A stretch of 64,000 nucleotides of DNA from an uncultured Clostridia bacterium (GTDB taxonomy: Bacteria > Bacillota > Clostridia > Christensenellales > UBA1242). Where the stretch lies: contig CALWEQ010000003.1 of NCBI GenBank assembly GCA_944377365.1, forward strand, positions 70,569 through 134,568. The letters are read 5' to 3'. The notes beneath the pieces are model-generated. The model ran no database searches. It saw only the letters and a program-made list of their open reading frames with translations, and was not told the origin of the DNA. Numbering within the stretch: the first letter of the stretch is position 1; each line of letters begins with the position of its first letter. Below, piece after piece: positions 29,509 through 38,926 of this stretch. A program made the translations under genes and the position numbers.

Positions 29509-32500
29509 TTAATTTTTAAATTTTACAAAAATACTACTGTCTCCAACTTCTAAAGTTTTAGAAATTGTTTCATTGTTTAATTCTGGTAAAATCTTGGTAA
29601 TTAAAACTGCCTGCTTGATCTTTTCTTCATAGTCTTTTAACATATTTTTCATTTCTTCATCTTTAGGTTGAAAATATGCACAAATTCTTTCGTCTACTTT
29701 AAAGTCGGCTTCTTTTCTTAAAACTTGCAATCCACGAACAAACTCTCTGTAATATCCTTCCTCAATCAATTTTTTATCAAGTGTGATGTCTAACACTACT
29801 GTGATCTTATTTTCGTGAGAAATAACAAACTCACTTCTTGGTTTTTTCTCTAAATTGAAAAGCTTGCTTTCTAAATTTTTAAATTCGCCAACGCTTACTT
29901 GTCCTTTTTTAAATTCATCAACACATCTTGCCATTTCGTCAGCAGAAATTGAAGCAAGAAGGTTTTTCAATTTTTGAACTTCACCTTTTAACACTGCACC
30001 AGCATTTTTAAAGTTTACAGACAAAAATTCTGTGTTAAAAATGCTGTCATCATCAATGGTAATGAACTCTTTAATGTTAAGTTCTTCCTTTATTATATCA
30101 CCTAGTTCATCAAGAACAACAGAAACCTTTTCGTCTCCACCAACGAACATCTTTTTTAATGGTTGTTTTACTTTTATTTGTTTTTCGTTTCTTAATCTTG
30201 AAGCTGAAGAAATTATATCTCTTGCAAGTGCAACTTTTTCTATGATGCCCTCAAATCTCATAGATTCAACTTTTGGATAGCCACTAAGCATAACACAGAT
30301 TGGAGCTTCTTTTTCTATTTCTCGAACCAAATTTTGCCAAATATGTTCACTTAAAAATGGAATGATTGGAGCCATGACTCTCACAATGTTTTTTATAGCA
30401 TAATAAAGGCAATAATATGCTACCATTTGATCATCTCTATCATCAGACTTCCAAAATCTTCTTCTGTTGCTTCTAATATAAAAGTTTGAAATGTCATCTA
30501 CTAATTTTTCAAAATCGTGAACAACGTAGTAACTTTTGTCATCTGAATAATTTGCATCACTGTTTTCGATAAATTTGTTGACGCTTTCCAAGATCCACTT
30601 GTCTGAATTTGTCAAACGTTCAGTTTTTAAGTTGTAATTTTTCAAATCTGGATTGTCTATGCATGCATATGTGTTGAAGAAAGAGTAAACGCTCCAAAAC
30701 GTCAACAGTTTTCTTCTCGCCTCATCAGCGAGCGAGTAGCCAAATCTCATGTCGTTTGCTGGTGAAGATGAAGAAAACAAATAGCGTATGACGTCAGCAC
30801 CAACCTTGTCTGCGACTATGTCAGCTTCCAGCGAATTTCCTCCACTTTTGTGAAATTCTCCACCGTGCTCGTCTTTGACATATTGATAAGTGACAATCTT
30901 TTGGTATGGCGCTTCTCCTTTTAAAACTACGCTCATGATAAGCAAAGAATAAAACCATAGTTTTATTTGTTCAATCATCTCACAAACATATTCCGAAGGA
31001 AAGTTTTTCTCAAAAAACTCTTTATCTGTAAAATATTTTTTTGTGCTAAAAGGTGTTATGCCCGCGTCAAGCCACACATCGCCGACATCAGTAATTCTAG
31101 AAAGCTCTTCTCCACAATCACATTTTATTTTAATGTCATCTATCCAAGGCCTGTGAATGTTTGGCAATTTGTCTATAAGAGAAGGATCAACTGCCTTTTC
31201 TTTTAATTCCTCTAAACTTCCAATTACGTGAACTTTCCCGCATTTTTGACAAACATAAAATGGCAATGGCAGTCCATAAAATCGGCTTCGAGAAATGTTC
31301 CAATCTCCCATGTTTGTTAGCCAATCAGCCATACGTTTTTTTGCATAAGCAGGTTTAAACTCAACGCTTTCAATTGCTTTAAGCGCCATAGGTCTGATTT
31401 CATCCATTTTAATAAACCAACCACTTATGAGCTTATAAACAAGGTCAGTTTTGCATCTCCAACAATATGGATAACTGTGTTTGTACTTATGGGCATAAAG
31501 CAATTTTCCGTCACTATTTAATCTGTTTGCAACCAGTTCTGGCACTTCGCTTGCTTTTTTTCCTGCAAGAAAACCGCAATTGTCAAGCATAACTCCTTGT
31601 TCATTTATAGGACAGATTTCAGGCAAACCAAGGCTCTGCCCTAGCTCAAAATCTTCAACACCACAACCAGGTGCTATATGCACTATGCAAGTTCCTTCAA
31701 CATTGTCAACCATGTCCCATGCAACAACTTTGTGAACAAATTTTTGTTCTTCAAGCTCTGGAAAGCATGTTTCATATTCAAGTCCAACGAGCTCACTGCC
31801 TTTAAATTCCTTTAATATTTTTACGTCTTGTTTCAAAATGCTAAGTCTATCCTTGCCTAGCAAAAGCTTTTCACCTTCAAAGTCAACAAGAGCATACTCT
31901 AATTCTGGATTGACAGCAAGAGCTACATTCGCGGTCAATGTCCAAGGCGTCGTTGTCCAAGCAACGATTTTAAAATCTTTGTTCTTTACAGGCAATTTTA
32001 TAAACAAAGCGGTATGCTCAACTTCATGATATGCAGAGGACATTTCATGTTCGGACAAGCCAGTCCCACAGCGTGGGCACCATGCCATTGGTCGATTTTT
32101 TCTTACTATCCAACCATGCTTATCACATTCTTTCAAGAAATGCCAAATTGACAGAATGTTGTGGTCAGAATTGGTGTAATAACTGTTGTCCCAATCCATC
32201 CACTGCCCCATTCTGATGCTTTGCTTAGTTATTTGATCAGCAAAATATTGAACTCTTTCCATGCATTTGTTTGTAAATTTATCAATTCCATATTTTAAAA
32301 TTTCAGGTTTTCCATTCAAGCCCAAGGCTTTTTCAACTTCTACTTCAACCCAAAGCCCTTGTCCATCGAATCCATTTTGGTACATGCAATCTTTGCCTTT
32401 TAATGCATTATATCGAATTGTCAAATCTTTTAGAGTCCTGCCCCAAAAATGATGCACGCCCAGTCTGTTGTTCGCAGTTGCCGGGCCATCGAGAAATCTA

Positions 32501-32619
32501 AAAAGCTCATGGCCTTTGTTTTTTTCAACAAGTTTATTAAAACAATGATTTTCCTCCCAAAACTTTAAGATGTTGTGTTCTAACTCAACAAAGTTTGGCA
32601 ATGCTTGTTCTTTTTTCAT
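29509..32619 (-). CDS. ileS: Isoleucine--tRNA ligase (type 2-like)
   Basis: PATANNRLGVHHFWGRTLKD (HIGH region) and overall class Ia architecture with CxxC zinc sites. An Ile-codon T-box leader lies upstream. Start set at MKKEQ (32619), 6 nt after GGAGG. Confidence 0.9.
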   Translation of the reverse strand: MKKEQALPNFVELEHNILKFWEENHCFNKLVEKNKGHELFRFLDGPATANNRLGVHHFWGRTLKDLTIRYNALKGKDCMYQNGFDGQGLWVEVEVEKALGLNGKPEILKYGIDKFTNKCMERVQYFADQITKQSIRMGQWMDWDNSYYTNSDHNILSIWHFLKECDKHGWIVRKNRPMAWCPRCGTGLSEHEMSSAYHEVEHTALFIKLPVKNKDFKIVAWTTTPWTLTANVALAVNPELEYALVDFEGEKLLLGKDRLSILKQDVKILKEFKGSELVGLEYETCFPELEEQKFVHKVVAWDMVDNVEGTCIVHIAPGCGVEDFELGQSLGLPEICPINEQGVMLDNCGFLAGKKASEVPELVANRLNSDGKLLYAHKYKHSYPYCWRCKTDLVYKLISGWFIKMDEIRPMALKAIESVEFKPAYAKKRMADWLTNMGDWNISRSRFYGLPLPFYVCQKCGKVHVIGSLEELKEKAVDPSLIDKLPNIHRPWIDDIKIKCDCGEELSRITDVGDVWLDAGITPFSTKKYFTDKEFFEKNFPSEYVCEMIEQIKLWFYSLLIMSVVLKGEAPYQKIVTYQYVKDEHGGEFHKSGGNSLEADIVADKVGADVIRYLFSSSSPANDMRFGYSLADEARRKLLTFWSVYSFFNTYACIDNPDLKNYNLKTERLTNSDKWILESVNKFIENSDANYSDDKSYYVVHDFEKLVDDISNFYIRSNRRRFWKSDDRDDQMVAYYCLYYAIKNIVRVMAPIIPFLSEHIWQNLVREIEKEAPICVMLSGYPKVESMRFEGIIEKVALARDIISSASRLRNEKQIKVKQPLKKMFVGGDEKVSVVLDELGDIIKEELNIKEFITIDDDSIFNTEFLSVNFKNAGAVLKGEVQKLKNLLASISADEMARCVDEFKKGQVSVGEFKNLESKLFNLEKKPRSEFVISHENKITVVLDITLDKKLIEEGYYREFVRGLQVLRKEADFKVDERICAYFQPKDEEMKNMLKDYEEKIKQAVLITKILPELNNETISKTLEVGDSSIFVKFKN

Positions 32620-32640
32620 ATTCATCCTCCAAAATAAAAT

Positions 32641-32868
32641 AAAAAAGCCTAGACTAAGCCACAAGAGCCATCTAGGCTTTATAAACCACTTGTAAACTTA
32701 CGGCAGGCCACCACCATGCCACCTCTTATACGCGAGGTCCACGGCGCAAACTTACTAAAATTTCAGTCGCACAGCTCCGAAAGTGATAATCTCAAAATCT
32801 CGTTACCGTCTCGCACCAACCGACAGCTCTCTAAAACTAAAATTTTTGAAACCGTGTCTTTCATCATA
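32641..32868 (-). promoter_or_regulatory. T-box leader (Ile specifier) with intrinsic terminator
   Basis: On the minus strand: TGATGA (GA motif), AGAGAGCTGTCGGTTGGTGCGAGAC (stem I distal), a specifier region GAGATTATCAC with the Ile codons ATT/ATC, an AGTA box and a T-box-like AGAGGTGGCATGGTGG. The terminator is agcctaga/tctaggct (32646-78) plus a U run just before the ileS SD. Confidence 0.75.
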
Positions 32869-32940
32869 GCTTTTGTTTAATTTTAATTGTCAAGACTTAC
32901 TTAACAAGAAAATGTTAACACAACTAAAAAATTTTGTCAA

Positions 32941-33660
32941 CTAATTAAACGTGTCAATAACTTTGTTCATTTCAATAGCATCAGCACCCGTAACAATACC
33001 TAAAGGTTGTTCGTCTTGCCCGCCAGATTTAGTAAGCAAAATTGCCAACAATTTTGGATTTTTATGAAATTCGTTTAACCCTTCTTCCATTGTCAAATCC
33101 GTTGACGCTATTTTGTAGTAAATAGATTGAATTTTAGAAAGCATGTCCTGAATTTGCACATTTTCTAAAAATGTTTTACTTTTTCCACCTGAAAGCAAAT
33201 AAGAGCCAAGTGCATCAAGAATTTTTTGTCCATTTGCTATACCAATAATTTTATTGTCCTTGTAAACTGGCAAATTTGAATATTTTGAACTAGCCATAAG
33301 TTTTATCACCTTTTCCATCGATGCCGATGCGTCAACTGAAACTATATCCCTTCTACAAATATCGATGCATTTAGGTGGAGTGTTAATCAGTTTGTTTATT
33401 TTTTCTATGTGCTCTACAACTCTTAAATGAGGCTCAGCAATGATAAAATCTTTGTTTCCCTGATGGACAATAGCATTTCTTAACCTGCTATAATCAATAA
33501 GATCGTCTTCATATTTTCTAACGACATAATTCAAACTCACACATTTTCTAACGACGTCAGAAAAGCCCATACTACGATTTAAACCATAACGCACACGAAG
33601 TGAATAGTCAATGTTGTTGAAAGCATCAATAAACCTTTCTGCGTTTGTTTTTTCAGCCAT
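32941..33660 (-). CDS. HEPN-like (Rx4H) N-terminal domain fused to a CBS-domain pair
   Basis: Start set at MAEKTNAERF (33660), preceded by aaggag. The N-terminal ~110 aa are helical with YSRLRNAIVHQG (R-x4-H). The C-terminus carries two CBS repeats (VSVDASASMEKVIKLMASSKYSNLPVY; GIVTGADAIEM). Confidence 0.6.
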   Translation of the reverse strand: MAEKTNAERFIDAFNNIDYSLRVRYGLNRSMGFSDVVRKCVSLNYVVRKYEDDLIDYSRLRNAIVHQGNKDFIIAEPHLRVVEHIEKINKLINTPPKCIDICRRDIVSVDASASMEKVIKLMASSKYSNLPVYKDNKIIGIANGQKILDALGSYLLSGGKSKTFLENVQIQDMLSKIQSIYYKIASTDLTMEEGLNEFHKNPKLLAILLTKSGGQDEQPLGIVTGADAIEMNKVIDTFN

Positions 33661-33732
33661 TAATAATCTCCTTAGTAAAAAAATTTCAACTATATTATAC
33701 TTAATTTCAACAAAATTAAAAAGCAATTTTTC

Positions 33733-33761
33733 TTGATTTTTGATTTAAAGTTGTGTATAAT
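33733..33761 (+). promoter_or_regulatory. Sigma-A type promoter of the SRP RNA
   Basis: TTGATT (33733-38), a 17-nt spacer and TATAAT (33756-61), about 6 nt before the RNA 5' end. Confidence 0.65.
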
Positions 33762-33766
33762 ACTTA

Positions 33767-34038
33767 AAGCTGGACTAGATGGGGAGTTAGCGGTGCCCTG
33801 CAACCTGCAATCCGCTACAGCAGGATCGAACGCATTCCTAGGCTTTGGCGTGTCGAAAACGTGCAAAGTATGATTGGTGATGAAGGCAAGGTCTTATGCA
33901 ACGAGCGTCCTTGAACCATGTCAGGCCCTGACGGGAGCATCATTAAGAGGAGCCGAACGTGTGCCATAAGGTAGCTTTGTTGGAGCCAACTCGCTTTGAA
34001 ACAGTTGGTGCGTTATTGTCAAAGATTGTGTCCAGCTT
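33767..34038 (+). ncRNA. ffs: Signal recognition particle RNA, long Bacillus-type (with Alu domain)
   Basis: GGGGAGTTAGCGGTGCCCTGCAACCTGCAATCCGCTACAGCAGG (Alu-domain 5' part) and CATGTCAGGCCCTGACGGGAGCATCATTAAG (domain IV) match the B. subtilis scRNA pattern. The termini aagctggac and gtccagctt pair. About 272 nt. Confidence 0.9.
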
Positions 34039-34048
34039 AGAAAATTCA

Positions 34049-34074
34049 AGGCAGAGTTATCTCTGCCTTTTTTG
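34049..34074 (+). terminator. Terminator of the SRP RNA
   Basis: aggcagag (34049-56) pairs with ctctgcct (34061-68), followed by a T run. Confidence 0.7.
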
Positions 34075-34235
34075 TTTGTAATCTTTAATTTTCAGTCGCA
34101 ATGCAATTTTAAATTATTAGTCATATTGCCAAAAGGTCAAATCAAAATTTAATTAAGCAAATTGCGCAAAATTTGTTATTTACAAATGATAAAAAATCAT
34201 ACAACTTCATATTAAAAAACTCTTAACTTGGTTAT

Positions 34236-37200
34236 TTACAACGCATTAATTCTATTTACGATCCCCGTTCTTGTCGCAACATCTAAAATATGGAATATCC
34301 CAAGTGGAATAGGCTTGCCTTCTTTAAAATTAAGCATATATCCAAAATTGTTGTCCATCTGCGTGCTGACACTACTTATGACCTTACTAACAGTTCCACT
34401 TTTCGTCAACAATGAATAGCTGTTTTCTACCGTTAGCCCATTCGTCCCACCGTAAAATGCTCCCTGACTAGCAATCGAGCCTCCACTTACAACTATATCA
34501 AAATCAACACTACAAAATTCTATCTTCACATTTGAATAAGTTGAATAATCGGCATATAAATTCCCCACAAATCCGCCGACCGTCACGTTCGTTCCGCTAA
34601 CAGTTATGCTACCTTCCGAATAGCAGTTGGTCATTTTAAAACTGTATGATGAATTGGTCACACGAACATAACCAACAATTCCACCCACGTTACCGGAACT
34701 ACCAGTAACGGTTATATCTCCAAAATTCGCAGATTTAGAAATGTTGCAACCTGTCGTGGATGAAGCATAAACACCTCCCACAACTCCACCGACATATGAA
34801 AAACCTGTAACGGAGCTCGTGTTATAACAGTTGGTTATGGTTGTATTTCCTGAAGAAGAAGCATAAGCATATCCCACAACTCCACCAACATAGTCGCCAG
34901 AACCACTAACAGCACCTACGTTATAGCAGTTGGTTATGGTTCCATAAGCATATCCCACAACTCCACCAACACGTGAAGAACCACTAACAGATCCTGTGTT
35001 ATAGCAGTTGGTTATGGTTGCACCTAAAGCATATCCCACAACTCCACCGACATATGAAGAAGCACTGACAGATCCTGTGTTATAGCAGTTGGTTATGGTC
35101 GTATTTCCTGAAGAAGAAGCATAAGCACTTCCCACAACTCCTCCTACATATGAACCTGATCCTGTAACAGCACCTGTGTTATAGCAATTCTTTATGGTTG
35201 TGTTAGAACCACCACTTCCCACGACTCCACCAACATATGAAGATCCACTAATAATACCGGTATTATAGCAGTTGATTATGGTTGCGTTAGAGCCAGTGCT
35301 TCCAATAATTCCACCTGTATATAAAGAAGATCCTATAACAGAGCCTGCGTTATAGCAGTTGGTTATGGTTGTATTTCCTGAAGAAGAAGCATATGCATCT
35401 CCTACAACTCCGCCAACATATGAGTACCTCGTTGCAGTGCTTGTAACAGTTCCTGTGTTATAGCAGTTGGTTATAGTTGTACTACCAGAAGAAACATATG
35501 CGTATCCTACAACTCCGCCAACATAATTGTCAGATCCACTGACGGAACTCGTATTAAGACAGTTGGTTATGGTTATAGTGCCAGAAGAAGCATAAGCATA
35601 TCCCACAACTCCGCCAACATATTGATAGCCTTGAATAAATGAATTAGTGACGTCTATGTTTTTTATCGTTATCGGATAACTCGAACTCGAAGAATAAACT
35701 CCACCAAACAATCCTTGATAGGAATATGCACTAGAAGATCCCTCTGGTGTATAAATGCCAGAAACTGTGTGATTGCCACCATCATAACTTCCTGAGAAAT
35801 AGTTTTGTCTAGTCTCCCCTTCACGAGTATAATAAATCCCTATCGGTTGCCAATAGTACGCAGATAAATCTATATCTACTGTTTGTTTAAAATACTTGCC
35901 TTGGAAAATATAATTGCCAGAATAATCTACACCATCAACCAGCGGATTAATTTCTTGACCTTTTGTATAAACCAGCCACGAAAGACCTGCCAGGTCTTCG
36001 GCTGAGTCAATTATGTAAGGATTGTCGGCAGTTGAACCAACATTTGCTCCAGCACTTGTGTACCAATCAATAGAATAGTGACCTGGTCCTATCCAATCAT
36101 TCCTCATGTTTGGATAACCATCATTTGTGGCTGTGTCTAGAGCCCAAACCGTTTTAAAATCCCATGGATATGACGAGTTCCAATTCGATGCTGTCGTATA
36201 CCACGAAAGTGTTTTTGCACTTGTTACAATGTTGTCTAAATAATTAGCGTTCAGTCCTTCTATTGGAGAAACAGTATTTACACCTGGAACTGTTGATGGG
36301 CACTTTCCTCCATAATAACAAGAATTAATATACACATCCGCTCCTAAAAACCCCGCATTAGCTATTAAGCCTACTATACCGCCTTTATCATTATTTGAAG
36401 AAACAGAACCAACATTAAAACTGTTAACGACTGTAACAACACCTGGATCTAAATCAGCATATCCAATAATACCACCTGTTTGCCTTAACCCAGTTATTTC
36501 TCCTGTGTTATAACAATTTGCAATTGTAATAGGATTATTGCTTGACAAATATTGATATGTACATCCCAATATTCCACCGCAGAAACTCCCAACGCCTTCT
36601 ACTAGCCCATTGTTGTAACAATTTTTAATAACACTAGTAGTGCTGGTAGAAACACCGCAACTCGTCTTCCCTATTATCCCTCCTGCGCTTGATTCATCTG
36701 TAGCAAAATTTTTAATCTCTCCTTCATTAAAGCATCTATCAAGAGTAAAAGAACCATAATTTAATGCAACATAACCAACAATGCCCCCCGTTGCCAGTTC
36801 ATAACCTTGAATCGTTCCATAATTATAACAATTTTTAATACTAACATTAGCCGTTTTAGTTGATATCGAACCTAAACCAATATAACCCACAACTCCACCA
36901 ACATATTGATAACCTTGAATAAATGAATTCGCAATTCCTATATTTTGTATTGTCGTTGGATAGCTTGAATTTGAAGAAGAAACATAACCAAACAAACCTT
37001 GATATGAATATGCACTAGAAGATCTAGCTGGTGTATAAATGCCCGAAACTGTGTGATTGCCACCATCATAACTACCAGAAAAATAGTTTTGTCTACTTGT
37101 CCCATCGCGAGTACGTATAATTCCTATCGGTTGCCAGTAGTGAGCAGATAAATCTATATCTACAGTTTGTTTAAAATACTTGCCTTGAAAGATATAATTG

Positions 37201-38852
37201 CCAGAATAATCGCTTGATTTAAGTGGACTGCCAGTTTGACCTTTTGTGTAAACCAGCCACGAAAGGCCAGCAAGGTCTTCAGCGGAACTAATTTTGTAAG
37301 GATTGGTTGCCGAACCATCTCCATAAGTTGTTTTATCTGAACTTGTGTACCATTCGATTGAGTAACAACTTGAATCGCTGATCCAGTAAGTTATATCTAC
37401 AAAATTGATATTTTTAAATGAAGGAAACCCGTCATTTACACTTGAATCTAAAACCCAAACAGCACTAAAATCCCATGGGTAAGTAGCATTCCAATTTGAC
37501 GAGTTCGTATACCACGAAGGTGTTTTAGCATTAGTTGCAATGTTTGAATCATAAACTGCTTGGTCATCTATATCTTCGCCGTTTATACCTCCTATATTTG
37601 AACAGTTACCACCATAATAGCAGTTGGTTATGCTTGTGTTGGAGCCAGCATTTCCCACAACTCCACCAACTTCGCCGTTGTAACCTATAACAGTTCCTGC
37701 GTTATAGCAGTTGGCTATGGTTACACTTTGAGCAACCCCCACAACTCCACCAACATATGAATCACCATTAACAAAGCCTGTATTATAACTGTTGGTCATG
37801 GTGCCAAAAGCAGTTCCGACAACTCCGCCGACACTTGATGAACCACTAATTGCACCTGTGTTATAGCAGTTGGTTATGGCTGCACCAGCGTAATCACGTC
37901 CCACAACTCCTCCAACATATGAACCTGATCCTGTAACAGCACCTGTGTTATAGCAGTTCTTTATGGTTGTGTTAGAACCACCACTTCCCACGACTCCACC
38001 AACATATGAAGATCCACTAATAATACCGGTATTATAGCAGTTGATTATGGTTGCGTTAGAGCTAGCGCTTCCAATAATTCCACCTGTATATGAAGAAGAT
38101 CCTATAACAGAACCTGCGTTATAGCAGTTGGTTATGGTTACATTACCGACAGAATTTCCAATCCCCCCCACAACTCCTCCAAGCTGATGCCCTAGAATAA
38201 ATGAGTTTGTAATACATATATTTTTTATCGTTATCGGATAACTCGAACTTGAAGATTCAACATAACCAAATAAACCTTGATATCGACATGCGCTGGTAGA
38301 TCCAGCTGGCGTAAAAATGCCTGAAACCGTGTGATTGCCACCATCATAACTGCCTGAAAAATAATTTTTTCTACCCCTCTCATCACGAGTATACCAAATC
38401 CCTATTGGTTGCCAATAGTACGCAGAGAGATCGATGTTTGCTGTTTGTTTAAAATACTTGCCTTGGAAGATGTAATTGTCAGAATAATCTGTGCCTGAAA
38501 CAAGTGGATTGCCTTCTTGCCCTTTTGTGTAAACGAGCCATGAAAGTCCTGCGAGGTCCTCGGCTGAATCGATTATGTAAGGGTGAGATGCCGTGCCGTT
38601 GTTAGAACCTGGATTTGTGTACCAATCGATTGAATAGCGACCTTCGGTTATCCACCAGCCACTAGTGTTGGTCGGACCTGTTGCCGCTTCGACAACCATC
38701 GTTTGCTCGCTTGTTGGTTTTGACATAGGATCCCATATCACCACCACTCCTAGAAAAAGCACAAAGCATAAAAAATAACTCAAAAACACTGTAATTAGTT
38801 GTGCTTTTGTTAGGCCAATGCTACTAAAAAATCGTTTAAACTTTGCTTTCAT
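34236..38852 (-). CDS. Giant N-terminally membrane-anchored surface protein with GLUG-motif repeats (1538 aa)
   Basis: N-terminal TM helix (LITVFLSYFLCFVLFLGVVVIW). Three macro-repeats each carry YSI(D/E)WYT..PY.I.SAEDLAGLSWLVYTKGQ..YIFQGKYFKQT.DIDLSA.YWQPIG..YFSGSYDGGNHTVSGI..YQGLFG. Each is followed by many (I/V)TNCYNTG.V.G..YVGGVVG units, which is the GLUG motif pattern. Confidence 0.8.
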   Translation of the reverse strand: MKAKFKRFFSSIGLTKAQLITVFLSYFLCFVLFLGVVVIWDPMSKPTSEQTMVVEAATGPTNTSGWWITEGRYSIDWYTNPGSNNGTASHPYIIDSAEDLAGLSWLVYTKGQEGNPLVSGTDYSDNYIFQGKYFKQTANIDLSAYYWQPIGIWYTRDERGRKNYFSGSYDGGNHTVSGIFTPAGSTSACRYQGLFGYVESSSSSYPITIKNICITNSFILGHQLGGVVGGIGNSVGNVTITNCYNAGSVIGSSSYTGGIIGSASSNATIINCYNTGIISGSSYVGGVVGSGGSNTTIKNCYNTGAVTGSGSYVGGVVGRDYAGAAITNCYNTGAISGSSSVGGVVGTAFGTMTNSYNTGFVNGDSYVGGVVGVAQSVTIANCYNAGTVIGYNGEVGGVVGNAGSNTSITNCYYGGNCSNIGGINGEDIDDQAVYDSNIATNAKTPSWYTNSSNWNATYPWDFSAVWVLDSSVNDGFPSFKNINFVDITYWISDSSCYSIEWYTSSDKTTYGDGSATNPYKISSAEDLAGLSWLVYTKGQTGSPLKSSDYSGNYIFQGKYFKQTVDIDLSAHYWQPIGIIRTRDGTSRQNYFSGSYDGGNHTVSGIYTPARSSSAYSYQGLFGYVSSSNSSYPTTIQNIGIANSFIQGYQYVGGVVGYIGLGSISTKTANVSIKNCYNYGTIQGYELATGGIVGYVALNYGSFTLDRCFNEGEIKNFATDESSAGGIIGKTSCGVSTSTTSVIKNCYNNGLVEGVGSFCGGILGCTYQYLSSNNPITIANCYNTGEITGLRQTGGIIGYADLDPGVVTVVNSFNVGSVSSNNDKGGIVGLIANAGFLGADVYINSCYYGGKCPSTVPGVNTVSPIEGLNANYLDNIVTSAKTLSWYTTASNWNSSYPWDFKTVWALDTATNDGYPNMRNDWIGPGHYSIDWYTSAGANVGSTADNPYIIDSAEDLAGLSWLVYTKGQEINPLVDGVDYSGNYIFQGKYFKQTVDIDLSAYYWQPIGIYYTREGETRQNYFSGSYDGGNHTVSGIYTPEGSSSAYSYQGLFGGVYSSSSSYPITIKNIDVTNSFIQGYQYVGGVVGYAYASSGTITITNCLNTSSVSGSDNYVGGVVGYAYVSSGSTTITNCYNTGTVTSTATRYSYVGGVVGDAYASSSGNTTITNCYNAGSVIGSSLYTGGIIGSTGSNATIINCYNTGIISGSSYVGGVVGSGGSNTTIKNCYNTGAVTGSGSYVGGVVGSAYASSSGNTTITNCYNTGSVSASSYVGGVVGYALGATITNCYNTGSVSGSSRVGGVVGYAYGTITNCYNVGAVSGSGDYVGGVVGYAYASSSGNTTITNCYNTSSVTGFSYVGGVVGGVYASSTTGCNISKSANFGDITVTGSSGNVGGIVGYVRVTNSSYSFKMTNCYSEGSITVSGTNVTVGGFVGNLYADYSTYSNVKIEFCSVDFDIVVSGGSIASQGAFYGGTNGLTVENSYSLLTKSGTVSKVISSVSTQMDNNFGYMLNFKEGKPIPLGIFHILDVATRTGIVNRINAL
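35131..35370. repeat. Intragenic 240-bp near-identical repeat, copy A
   Basis: Aligns base-for-base with 37900-38139 at an in-frame offset of 2769 nt. I count 6 mismatches. Confidence 0.9.
37900..38139. repeat. Intragenic 240-bp near-identical repeat, copy B
   Basis: Partner of 35131-35370. Both encode ..GSGSYVGGVVG..NTTIKNCYNTGAVTG..IINCYNTGIISGSSYVGGVVG.. segments. Confidence 0.9.
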
Positions 38853-38926
38853 TAACTCCTTTTTTGTAATGCGTCGCTTTGCGTTTCAGCATCTTCTTAA
38901 AAAGTCGTGTGAATATTTATATTGTG

